Positions 36,630 through 50,154 of a stretch of DNA of 64,000 nt are shown piece after piece; position 1 is the stretch's first letter, and each line of letters begins with the position of its first letter. The notes below the pieces were generated by a model. That model worked only from the letters and a program-made list of their open reading frames with translations. It searched no databases and was not told where the DNA came from. Made by a program: the position numbers and the translations under genes. Location: positions 4,340,001-4,404,000 of the forward strand of contig NEEC01000002.1 of the NCBI GenBank assembly GCA_002189035.1, in the 5' to 3' direction. Origin of the DNA: Utricularia gibba. Taxonomy: Eukaryota > Plantae > Magnoliophyta.

Positions 36630-39600
36630 TAGACATCGCAGCAAGGTGGGTATGGGGCAGGTAGACTGTTACCCGCTACCCGCTCCGTCATCAAAACTGC
36701 CCACCGCAACTAGCTCCGCCCTGCTTGTTTCATCTGTTTACCTGCCCACAATATCTTACCGTCATTCAATTTCTAAATTCATCATTTAAAAACCTAAATT
36801 AAAAAACCTACGAGTAAATCTAACAAACCAATAACTCAAATTCCAACATATTGCTTAAAAATAATTTTAAAAAGATAGTTCATTCTTGAGAATCAAGTGC
36901 ATGGCTTCCCTCAGATAGAATTTCTTTATCTACTTCAACTTCTTTCATCTTTGGACAACTCTCAAGGGTTTTACAAGTCATTTTTCATGCCATATAGACT
37001 TAAAAATATAAAAAGATAATGAAATCACTTTTTATTGATTTCCATAACCAACTTTTGGCACACATGAGTACTTCTAATGTCTTTGGATGGAGTCTGCTAC
37101 GATGAGGATTTAGAATTCTATCACTTGTGCTAAATGCAGATTTAGAATCAACTATTGAAATTGGAACAGCTAGAACATCCTTAGCCATTCTTTTAGAAGT
37201 GGCCACTTAGAACCTTCGGTGTTCCACCAAATCAATATATCAAAAGTATCACATCTAGGAAAAACCTCGGCTTCCAAGTAATGATCTAACTCTGTTGTCA
37301 AAAATATCATATTCTAGTTCATCTTGTAATGCCATACTTGAAGAAGTGATGATGTTAGAATCACTACTACCATAAATACCACCAATAGAAGAGTTGGTAG
37401 TATTATTCATTTGATTTTCATAATCCTTCAATAAAGATACACAATTGACACGAACATCTCAAACTTTTTCAATTGTATCATTTCCATAGATTCTTCTAAA
37501 ATAGAACTCCACAAATGCCATTTTATATCTAGGATCCAAAACTGCAGCCACTGCTATCATCACATGAACAACATCTCAATATTTCATAAATTTCTCCAAT
37601 ATATAGCAAGTCATCTCTCTAAGCATATTATCATAACTCATGGACCATCTTCTAACTTGGTTCTAATTAAACATATCTTTGGAAAATAAAAGTTGGAGGT
37701 TGGATAACTCATACCTAATATCATTTTAGTCATTTCATAAAAGAGTTTCAACTTTTCACAAATGAATTTTACCTTTCTCCAATCTTCTTGTGTTGGACAA
37801 GACTTGTAACCAGCAACTATCATGGCAAGTCTCAAAAATACTTCTTCATATTTGATAGCAATTTCTAGCATCAAGTAATTAGAGTTCCATCGAGTCTTGC
37901 AATCAACAACCAATTCTTTTGAATATTGAATTTTTAGTTGAGTAGCACACACTTTAAACTTCTCTATTCTTTTGGATGACTGTGCCCAATAGATAGCACT
38001 ATTTCGAATCCTCTCAAGACCATCATTGAATTTCTCAAATCCTTTTTGAACAATTATGTTCAAAATATGAGCACAACAACGCATATGCAACACTTTTCCT
38101 TGAAGCAACATATCATTTGTAGAAAGCTTATCCAATATCAAAGCAAGCATTGCATCGTTTGTTGAACAATTATCAATCATTATTGAAGAAATTTTCCAAT
38201 TGATATTCCAATCCATCAGTGAGCAACATAATTCTTCAGATAAAGTTTTAGTAGTATGTGGAGAGGGCACATATGCAAACCTACATTATAGAAAAAAAAG
38301 TGATACAAAAAAATAATAAATTAACCTTAAAATGTAACCTTGAAACCTACATTATAAAATGTGTTGTTATCACCATATAGCTTTTCTTGTTGTCGTTTGA
38401 AGTCCACATATCGGTAGTGATTGCAATCCTACAATCAAGATTATCAAAGATTCGATAGGCCTTTTATTTCTCATCTCCATATATCTTCAAAATGTCATTC
38501 TTCAATGTATTTCAGAAAATCATTTTGAAGTTTGCATTCAAGCTTTTGAAAAATCTTCTAAACCCATAATGGTCAACTATGCTCAATGGATAATCATGCA
38601 AGATAACTGCAGCAGCAAGCTCATGCCTTGAAACTTTTTCACTAAAAGAGGTCAACCCAATTATGATATTCCACTAGATTTTAAATCTTCATTTAAAATC
38701 ATTTGTCTGACATCAATTTTTCTTGACCTTTTTTGACATGCACTCACATAGTGGCTCTTCAAATATGATGTTCCACTTTTCCCTTTTCCTACAAGAAGTT
38801 TCTTGCAGTATTTGCATTCTGCCTTAACTTCTCCATTTATACTCTTCTCCTCGAAATGCTGCTACCATTCTGATGTTCTTTTCCTTTTTTTAGAAGAGCT
38901 TGATGTGTCACCCCCATCTATTATTTGTACCTCATTGTTGATCTCTTCTACATTCTGAGATGGTTGAGAACCAGATGATGATTCTTGATTCGAACAATTA
39001 TCCATTAACAATATCTCTTGTTTCCTGCAAATATGTAATTTATTATGCAAACAAAAAAGTATAACCTATTTTCAACTTGAAAATAAAAAAAAAGTCAAGA
39101 ATCAAAAGCAAAACTTCAGCAAGAAAAAAACTCAAAACATAACGTAGTCATAGATAAAAAACAATATAATTTTGCTGGAGCATTTATAAAAATATAATTC
39201 CTAACAATTATCAGAAGTTCCCTACTATTATGAAAACCATGCAAAAAAGAAATCTAATATATCTCTCATTAAAAGTGACAACTCATTTCAATGCCACGCA
39301 ACACAAGTATTCACAAAATAAAAAACAATAAAACATGGTGGATAATACAAACAAACAAAATAAATAATTGAAAAAGACAACGCAACTACATATGGGGATT
39401 GTGAGGTGGAAAAATGGAAACACAAAATTGAGAATAGGCATGCACCGGAGCTATCATCAAGCATCGATACTTGATGATTGTGTTAAAAACCCTAATTTTT
39501 GTATATATTTCTCATTTTAAAATATAATTTATTATTCATAAATTTAAAAAATAAATAGATTTTAAGTTTTAAAATAAATAGGAAAGCAGATAGCATGTTG

Positions 39601-39754
39601 GATAGAGGTCATTTCGATATCCACCCCGTTTATAAATGGATCATGATTTTTCATCCACTGCCCACCTCGCTACCTGCCAGGTGCCTTTCATGGATAATAA
39701 ACAGGGCGGATATCCAACAGGTAGCGGGTCGGATTATCCATTTTTCCATCACTA
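36630..39754 (-). mobile_element. Full-length but degraded hAT transposon
   Basis: Termini TAGACATCGC and TAGTGATGGA; 8-bp TSD ACTATAAG / ACTGTAAG (7/8). BED finger about 38700-39050; core 37638-38600 (DNCSTND, MRCCAHILN, DCKTRWNSNYLML); dimerisation domain 37000-37300. Confidence 0.93.
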
Positions 39755-40642
39755 ACTGTAAGTCAAAGTTTTCATGTAGTTATTGATCCATATGCAAATA
39801 TAGTCTCTGAATTTATAGTCCCAACGAACGATATGTTGACTCTACCTGAAAAATATGAAATAATTCTCGATTTTGATCCCATTTTCAAATGTCGTTGGTG
39901 CAATTGATGGCACCATATTTTTGCAAAAATTAGAAAAAAAGATATAGAATATTTTGACAATATATGACTTTAATATGATTTTTATCTTTATAGTTTTGGG
40001 ACACCTTTGACAAATGCATTATAGTTCAATATTGTCATTCATTATACATTCATCCAATAATAATTTTTCATTGTCACTATCGAGTAATTATTACCTTACT
40101 AATCCTGGGTATATGAATATTAATTTTTTTTGACACCTTATAGAGGTCAACTTGGAAGAATTTCATGCTAATTCACAGGTAATAAATCCTACTTAAATAT
40201 TTAACTATTGATATTTTTCATTGCATTCTATAATTGAATTATGTTTTGGTGTATGGAAGGAAAAAATTTACATGACAAGATCCAGTGCTTATCATACCAA
40301 CCACTATCCCAATTTGTAATTTTATCAAATGAGTTGATACAAATTATCCGAATTTTTTATATTTTGAAGCTGATAATTAAACTCTACTAAATAATTCTCA
40401 AATAGCTCTACTAGCAACAAAAGCGTTTGTACTTCAATTAGAATGAATTAATGTCTTATAATATGAATTTTAATTTATCTACTGTTACTTTTAGAGTTTA
40501 TGTAAATCAATTTATCATTTATTATACATATTATTACTATTAAATGAAATTTGTGTTGATATTAATTTATTACATATTGCAATGCATGTAACTATGCAAA
40601 TATTAATAAATAAATTAAAATATGTAAAAATATTTTTAATTC

Positions 40643-40644
<2 letters not shown>

Positions 40645-40682
<38 letters not shown>
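40645..40682. repeat. (TA)19 microsatellite
   Basis: Read directly from the sequence. Confidence 0.95.
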
Positions 40683-40686
<4 letters not shown>

Positions 40687-41342
40687 AAAAACATTATAAT
40701 TACATAAAAATAATAAAAATAATTTATAATATTAAAAATATTTATATGAGTATAAAGGATTTTTTAGTGTTTTATATATAAATTTTAAAATTAGACCAAA
40801 CATTTTTAATTTTTATTTATAATTTTTATAATAAATTAAAAGTATCAACTCTTAGTTCTTTATCTAAATTAACTTTTAGTTACCACTATTTATAAGATAA
40901 GTAATTTAAAACACTCCAATAATAACGATTGATTTGCTATCTTATAAAAACCAATGATTATAACTAGTAAGACAGATTTCTATATTGGAGAATCAAAAAA
41001 GTTTATCAAATCATGAAACATTTATAACAAAAATATATATTATTTAGATATTATTTATTTGTTATATTTGAATGTGTTTGTTGTCTTTAAATAAAAGTAA
41101 TTCAAAAAAATAAAAATAAAAAACAAATGAGGAATTTTGTACACATACTAGAGGCAGTTTTGAAATTAGGTGTGTTTGCAGTGGATGGTTTTGGGTAATT
41201 ACCGGATGGTAAGAGGGGGAGGAGTCAGAAGAAAGTGAGCATCATCATTCGAAAAAGCAACAAAGATCATTGTCCACAAAATCAGGGCATACGTAGATTG
41301 TTCATGGAAACATTTCAAGATTGGAGAAAGAATGATGGGACA

Positions 41343-42328
<986 letters not shown>

Positions 42329-42402
42329 GACGGAATGCAATCACAGAAAACACGAGACCGAGAGTTGGGACGATCAGCCGCCGGTACCAGATACAAAACT
42401 CA

Positions 42403-42500
42403 AAACCCTAATTGATGTGTCGGCGGCGCATACAGGCGAAGGCGTTTTATATTCAAATGGAGTGAATACACTTGGGCTCTGCAGGGATATTAGGAGCCCA
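42403..42500 (-). promoter_or_regulatory. Ribosomal-protein promoter: telo-box, TATA and site II motifs
   Basis: AAACCCTAA at 42403-42411; TATAAAAC (minus) at 42444-42451; TGGGCT at 42473-42478; AGCCCA at 42495-42500. Confidence 0.75.
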
Positions 42501-42854
42501 CTATAAAACAAGAAGTGACATTAAACCAATTCAGCCCCAATAACAAAGCCTACAAGTTGACAAAAAAACCAATTCATTACAGACCTTTTTTTATTTATTT
42601 CTTTGAATGCTATCTCAAGTAGATGAAGGTTTTTGTCTTTTGACAAATTAAAAATAGAGATTTTTCAGTATCTAAAAAATGAAAAGTATTTTTTTAAAAA
42701 AATTTGAAATAAAAATCGTTAATATTTAATAATAAAGCAGAAATAAAGACATCACTAGAGAAATGAATTTTATTAGGAGTGTACATGTAATTGTCGGAAT
42801 CTGATAAGAGATTTTTTACATCTGAAAGTGCGACGCAATTCAGCAGAAGTTGAT

Positions 42855-44709
42855 CTACTTCTGCCCCTTCTTCAACAGCACGCTAATCTTCTTCAACATA
42901 TTGCTGTTCCTCTTCTTGGGCGAATCTTCATCCGTTTCCTCAAGATTTGAAGAACTAAGCCCTCTTCCAAGGGAATGCAAGGTGAAAGCATCGGTACCAG
43001 TAGAGAGCATTGCAGCAGCCATCTCAGCCGCCTTTCTCCACTGATCGCATTGCACTTTTAGTGTTCTCAGCTCCATTTCCATTTCTGCTTTTGATGCCTG
43101 CGCCGGATCCAGCACACAAGTTACGGGTTCAGATTTTCTGAAGCCGGGGTCTATTTCGACACTTAAAGATCCCAGTGTTGTCAGTGATTCTTCTTCTGTC
43201 GCAGCCGGTGCAATCACCATCTCATTTGCGTTGATTCTCTCTTTCTCGCTCTTTATGATGTCAGATTTCAGCATTGCATTCTGCTCCAAGACGATTTGCA
43301 GTTCCACCTCTTTCTCAATTAAGCTGGCATTGAGATTTTCTAACCATGCCTCTGACTTCATCAGCTTGAGTTCAAGTTCAGAGTCCCTCCTGTTTATACT
43401 CTCTTGAAGATCATTTTCTGCTTCCATCAATCTTTTCCTGAGTCCTTCCACTTCCTCTATGGATTCCTTAATCTTGGCCTTCGATTGAGCATCTTCCAGG
43501 TCATATGCTGACTTCAACTGCTCCACAAATTCATAGGCATTTTTAATCTCCATCTTGCTATGGATATACTCTTCCTGGTACAACCTTTCAGCTTCTTTCA
43601 GACTCTCTCGGAGTCGACTAACTTCATTTCTCAAAATAAGGACCTCCGATTCCCGATTCTCATCATGGCATTCAATATGCTTTTCCAATGATCTTAGCCT
43701 GTTGTGTGATTGCTCCAGCTCCGCCGACAATGAGCTTTTGGATTCCATAGCCTTGGCAAGGTCTGACCTCAGCGTCTCCTCGGAAGCCTTGATGGCTTCC
43801 AGTTGCTCCTGAGCCACTCTTTGTCCCTCGATGGCCCGAGCTTCGGATTCTCTGCTATCATTCAACTGCGCCTCCAACTTACCTACCGCAACAACTGCTT
43901 CTTGAAGTTCCATGCTCAGGCTACGAATCTGAGCATCAGCAGCCTCGGCTTGGCCAGCTTGAGAAGCTTCCCATTGAGAAATCCTCTGCAACCGAGCTTT
44001 CAGCCTCTTTATCTCATTCATTGCAGAGGCTAACGCGTTTGAGTCCATGATATGCTGCCTCTGCATTGCCTCCAGTTCAGATTGCCAGGCTTTATCGCGA
44101 TCATGGGAGATCTTTCGCAGTTCCTGCACTCGAGCTTCCTCCGATTCCGAGACTTCATCCAGTTGCTGCTCTGTCTCCTGAAGCTTTGCAGACATGAAAA
44201 ACAGTTTCTTCTTGGCTTCCTCGACCTCCTTCTGGTACCTTATCTTCAAGGACTCATTCGAACTCAGCTGCTCCTTAGCCTTCTTGAACTCCTCTTGGAG
44301 ATGGGCTAGCTGAGACTCCAGCTCAGAGTCTTTGCTTGGTTTTTTCTTCTGGTGTGCCGCCATCAGGAAGATAACATAACAAGATGTGAAATCCCAGCAG
44401 GCCTTCACTAACGTAAACAAATTTGTGGGAGGAAACCGGAACGTAACATCAAATCATAAACACATACCTCAGCGGATGCAACTCGAGGTGACTTGCGATC
44501 AGCAGCTTTATGGCTTGCGTCTTTCAGTGCTTTGCTAGCAAGATTTGAACAAGTACCAGTAACAGCATCTGATACCAGAGGTTGCTTCCGAGTAGCTTTT
44601 GGATCAGAAGGGCTTTTGGATTCAGCCATGCGAAATAAGAGCATCAGATTAGACTCCACAGACGCAGAGAACAAAATAATGCCCAGTACCTGGATTTAGG
44701 ATTCTGCAT
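42855..44709 (-). CDS. Interactor of constitutive active ROPs (ICR/RIP family) coiled-coil protein, about 552 aa; exons 44690-44709, about 44468-44612, 42855-44348
   Basis: First exon MQNPKS resembles the family MQTPK start; motifs SHDRDKAWQSELEAMQRQH and ELRTLKVQCDQWRKAAEMAAAML; exon phases are consistent. Paralogue identity and the exon-2 acceptor are uncertain. Confidence 0.9.
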
Positions 44710-46696
44710 GACTTCGTATGTGAAGCAGGAGCGGAAGAAGATGTGCAGTAAAGACAATTGTCTTAAGGCCCACCTGACCCACAACCCAGAAAAGCTTCTC
44801 AATTCTAATGAAGTTTCTGCGGGAAGAGAATTGTCTTATGTACATAAACAATATCCAACAGGAAATTCTGATGACTGAAAGCAACTAATAATCTAAAGTG
44901 TCTCGTAGGACTAAAAGAGCACCCCACTAACACCTACCAGCTACACAACAGAAGAAATTGCGATTTCCTTAGCTTTTACTCCAAGAGCTGCTGCCATTAA
45001 CACAGCAACATACGCTGGAAACGTGGTTACTAATTCATAAATTTAACGGGAAATGGCCTCCACCTGGCACCCAGTGTTGTTATAATTGCTAAGTTGGTCG
45101 TAGGAATAACGAGAAAGAAATACATCTCATGCATGGGGACAAGCTGAAATCAGTTCTTAAACAGCAGTCGACTACAAGGTCCTCTACAGAACCATTCGAG
45201 AGATGATCGGCATGCAAAAAGAAACGCACAACCGGGTCCTCTACATATTGCAAGAAGCTTATTCCAGTAAAGCAGCTCCATTTTCAGAGACTAGACCAAG
45301 TATTTACAAATATTATGAAAAACCCCATTCCCAAAGTCGAGATTCGGATGGAAACCATCCTATAAAAAACATAGAGTAAATAGCAAGAACAAAAAGCTGA
45401 ATTCAAGGAAAAAAAGGTACCTTCATTGACTGACCGAGTTGACTGAGAGTCCCTCTCCTCCCCCCTGAATGCTAAGAAAAGTCTCACTGTCTCGCAGAGG
45501 CAAACAAAGCGAGAAAGCAGTGTCGAACTTGGTACGGCTGCTTGGTGAAAACTGGTGCACTGCAGATTTCCCTCAGCTATTTATTTCGGCCACTCTCACT
45601 CATATTTGCTGCATTCACGACCTCTGCATCTGGAATCAATTACATTCACTTGACCTGGCAGTGGTACCAGTACACACTCCAATTTCCCAATCCCCGCGTG
45701 CTGTGGACCAGTCCTCAGTTCAGTGTAAAGCAACTTGATCCAGCGATTTGCAGGTCAATTTGTAATCGTCAGCAATGGATGGCGAGGCTTCCTACTCTTC
45801 TCCTGAGGATGAAGTGAAGTTTGATGATGATGTTGAGGGATTTTATCTTTAAATATGGTCAGTGGTCTGCCTGGTGTGGACTTTGATGAACTCTGCTCAG
45901 GCTTGCTTTATAGTTAAATATAACAAATACCATGTTACGAAGACGAATGAAGGAACGGTCACGGACCACATGAAGCCGAATTATGAGTTGTCACTTGTCA
46001 AAGTGATGTGACCTGAAATAGACGCAGACGAATCGCCTTCAACATGCTCTTCTTTTCACCTTTGCCTGATCTTCAAAAGCAAATATGCATCTTTGACTCA
46101 GAACCCATCATTCAGGATTTCTGATCTGACGCAATGGAAGAGAAGACTGTACTAAAAAAGTAGGGAGGGAGGGGGAAATCTAGATGAAACTTGAACGGAG
46201 CAGCTACGCAGTAGTGTTCCAACACAGGTAGTTTAAAACTCAAGAATGGAGAGATGACAAAAAGGGGCCCCGTCCCACGATCTTTCTCGAAATTCACGTT
46301 CACGACTAATGGCTCAACATTTCCAATCAGTTCGCTTGAATTTCTTATCCAATGAACATCAGCTCCCGTGAACACAATAAAGCCATAACTATTTTTTGGT
46401 TCGGGGTAAAGCTGAACAAGCATCTTTCAAAATCAAGGCAACACGCAGAACAAACACACCGAAGTGCAGCAATGAGGACGAATGGCATTAATCGTACATT
46501 GTTCGTATTGAAAGAGGATGAATCAGTAATGATGTTGGCAAGAGAATAACGATGAAGAAGTTTGTGGAAACTCTTTTCCTTAGATAATTTAAGAAAATGC
46601 GGATTCTTAGGATGTTATAAGAGTATGTAATAAATAGCAATCATGTGATGGAAAGAAAATAATATTCTTCATCAAAGCTTTGGCATATTGTATATT

Positions 46697-47040
46697 ACTT
46701 GTATCAAAGCCCTAAAAATGGCCTTCACGTCCCTGCTCTAACAAAAGATAATTATGATAATTGGATGCTTTGCATGACAGCATTATTGGGTGCATAGGAG
46801 GTTTGGAATGTGGTGAATGATGGTGTTGAAGAGAATGTCGATGTTGCAACCTTGAAAAAAGGCTCTATGCTTGATTTATCAAGCACTTGATGAAAAGTTC
46901 TTTGAGAAGGTTGCTACTACAACAAGATCAAACACGCATGGGATAGTTTTCCACAACTTTCAAGGAGTTGATAAAGTAAAGAAAGTGAGACTTCAAACTC
47001 TACGAGAGTTTGAATTGCTATGACAAAAAAAAAATGAGGA
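46697..47040 (+). mobile_element. Ty1/Copia gag N-terminal fragment
   Basis: PBS-like TTGTATCAAAGCC at about 46699; LTKDNYDNWMLCMTALLGA*EVWNVV; KVKKVRLQTL. Confidence 0.8.
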
Positions 47041-49239
47041 ATTGCTAGAGCCCTTGATCAAAGGACATACACTCTTCATTGAAATAGATAGAATAGTTCT
47101 CTCAACTACACCCGATAATCTGACTCATATCCCTTATATCTTGATTGATCGTAACCACAATAGCGCAACAGTTTCCATTAGGCCCACTACATCGCTTTCA
47201 CTACTTAAGCCCAATTATGGTTACGTTGCTCCACTTCCCGTCTATATGATTCATCCCCTAAACCTAGAAGTGACACCTATTCTAACATTTCTCCACTAAG
47301 CCTACTTCCTTTAACAACATTAAATGCATGCAGGAAGCAAGTAGCTTCATCAACATATCAACAATATTGTTGTTTGTGTTCACTTTTACCAAATCAAATT
47401 GTTCTCATTTCAAGACCTCTCTAAACTAGTGATATCATATGCCCACATGTTTAGTTCTAGAGTGATAGACTATATGCTTACTCAATTCAATGGCACTTTG
47501 ATTTGTCACATGATATCTTCATCTGATAGTCAATAAAACCCAATTCTTCCAAGGAACTTTTGAAGTCATACACCCTCTTTGCCCCATTCAGATAGTGCAA
47601 TGTGTTCAGGTTCAATGGAGGAGAGTGCCACACTTTTGAAGTGACAATGACCAAACAACTCCAATGCCTCCCAACATATTAATCACACTAATTGTGGAAC
47701 ATGCAGTATCCATATACATAGTTAGTGTACAATTAAGAGACCCATATTACAGACTAAAATCAGCTTTTTTTTTAAGTATCACAACAACCATTTTCCAACT
47801 TCCTAATGGTGTTTTCCTGGGTTAGACATCTAGTGACTAGTACAACTAATCACATAGGTAATATCAGGTCTTACTTATTGGCACTATCAGATTCTAAACT
47901 TATATAACACTTGGTGTATATATGCATACCCAAAATATATCTAGTTTGGTTGTGGTATAAATGTTTGGCTCGACAATTTTGTTCAATATTTATACCCAAA
48001 ATACATTATGCATCCCCTAAATCCTTCATGTCAAACTTTGAGTAAAGTTGCTATTTTAAGACACGAATTAGCTCATGCTTCTTACTGATCAATGACATAT
48101 CATCTACATACAACACCAGAATAACAAAATTATTGTCAAATTTCATCACATAACATAAGGTTCTAATGTTGATCGAGTATAAATAATAGAAAACATAAAT
48201 ATAATCAAAACATATATTCCACTCTCTTGGAGCCTCTTTTAACACATATAAACTCCTTTTGACTTTATACACTAGATGCTCTCTACCCTTCCTCACAAAG
48301 CTAGGAATTTTTTTCATATAGATCTCCTCCTTTAGATCACCATGAAGAAATGTGGTTTTAACATACATTTGCTACAATTCTAGGTCCAAATGAGCTACAA
48401 AGGCCAAAATTATTCTAATTGATGCCACATTTGTATTGGAGAAAAGATCTCTTAATAAACGATGCCTCATGCCATCTGAATTTCTTTTTAGTTTGAAAAC
48501 CCACTTATTTTTCATAGCTCATACATCTCATTTTTCTAGATGAAATGCATTTCTTCTCCCATAGTAGCCAGCCATTTATCTTTCTCATAAGACTTCAAAA
48601 CTTCATTTAGAGACTCTCGTCCTCCATCCTTTGTAAACAAAGCAAATTTTTCAGGAGTGCACAAGTTGCTTGGCACTGATCCTCTTGCTAAATGAGAAGA
48701 GCCCTCTTGTAACACATTTTCAAATTGGATGTATATCTATGACACGATGTTAGAATTGGACTCCACTATTAAGGAGTCCAAATTCAGGCTCACATGATCA
48801 TCAATACTAGCACTTCTATTATGTGGACACATATGATATTTAAGAAACTTTACATCTCATAATTCAATGATCTTTCTACCTTGAGGGTCACAGAATCTAT
48901 ACCCCATTTCCTTGAGTGTGCCCATGGCCTAAAAACAACAAAATCTCAAATGATCATCAAGCTTCATACATTGATTAGAAGGTAATAACACCATTTCATT
49001 GCATTCAAACACTTGTTGATGCTTCAAACTCATTGATCTAACTATCCATTTTTCTATAATTGGTACTCAAGTGCCTTCTTGGGACTCCAATTAGATAAAT
49101 AACACATTGTCTTCAATGCCTCGCCCCAAAAACTCCCAGGTAGCATTGCTCCCTTCAGCATGGATTGGACTTCATCAAATAGAGTTCGATTCAACATCTC
49201 AGCCACTAGATTATGTAGAGAAGTAATGGATCTTAACTA

Positions 49240-50136
49240 AGGGTTGCAATTCCTGGGAAATAGACTCAGTTTCCTCCTTTCATCTATCCTCGTCTTGGTT
49301 TTCATTGATTTCTTCCGAATAGCTGGTTATAGGAGCAAAGAATAACTTACTTTCCCTTACACTTTGATTTACATGGAGGCACGAGAATAGCCTCATGTGG
49401 TTCCCCGTTGGACGATTGAGAAGACAAGAGGATTGCCGTCGATTGCCTTCAAAACTGAATTGTGCACGTGTGTCTAGCTATTGCCCATGACTAGTGGTGA
49501 GTACGAGGTCACTACTCGTCCACTGTTGCGGTACCTTGGTCACAAACACGATCTCTTTAGTATAAGAATTCTTTCACTAGTACTAAAAGTGCTTTCAGAA
49601 GCTACCATTGAAGCTAGAGGTGTGCCAATATCCTTGGCAAGCTGTGACAAAATCAAATAATGAGAGATCTGATTCTTTTAACAATCAAGTATATCAAAGT
49701 TATCCCTTTATTGCCATGTAGTTAATGCATTACATTTTATAATGCAACCTCATTGGCTCTTGTTTTCATGCTAGAAGAAGAAAAAACCTACACCATAGAC
49801 CAATAATCACATTGAAAATGCGAAGTGCAGCAAAATAGCAGAAGAAATTGGTTTCAAAATTACATTGAAAACGTGCAGAAAATAATAGAAGTGAAACTCT
49901 TTCAAACCCTAGATGTGAGATATTATCTTTTGTTGGCCTAGTAAAAAGGTTTGATAAAAAGCAAGGTAATGGACCATTACATTGACCAAAAGTATTTTTT
50001 GTTTTAAAAAATTGAATTGAATAGGTCAGTCACTCGTACTCATGAATGTGGACTCGACTCGTACTCATTTCCACGAGTTTAGTCACGAGTCAACTCGTCG
50101 GGTCAATGGGTTGACTTGTACTCATGCCCACCTCTA
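49240..50136 (-). mobile_element. hAT internal-deletion derivative retaining the dimerisation-domain exon
   Basis: Terminus TAGAGGTGGGCATG (minus, from 50136) with GACTCG subterminal motifs; ILSQLAKDIGTPLASMVASESTFSTSERIL at about 49560-49655. Confidence 0.75.
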
Positions 50137-50154
50137 TCTTTGCCTTTCTACTCC

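Larger units (their letters stand above)
35100..40330 (+). mobile_element. PIF/Harbinger transposase relic split by a solo LTR and a hAT insertion
   Basis: SIDEQV at about 35160; after removing both insertions it continues to ...EFIVP...VGAIDGTHI (39895-39925) and a FLTPYRG-like motif (about 40125-40147). Confidence 0.75.

Noticed and set aside
45775-45852. 25-aa acidic sORF MDGEASYSSPEDEVKFDDDVEGFYL on the plus strand
   Set aside because: Short, antisense to the probable ICR leader, with no promoter or homology support.
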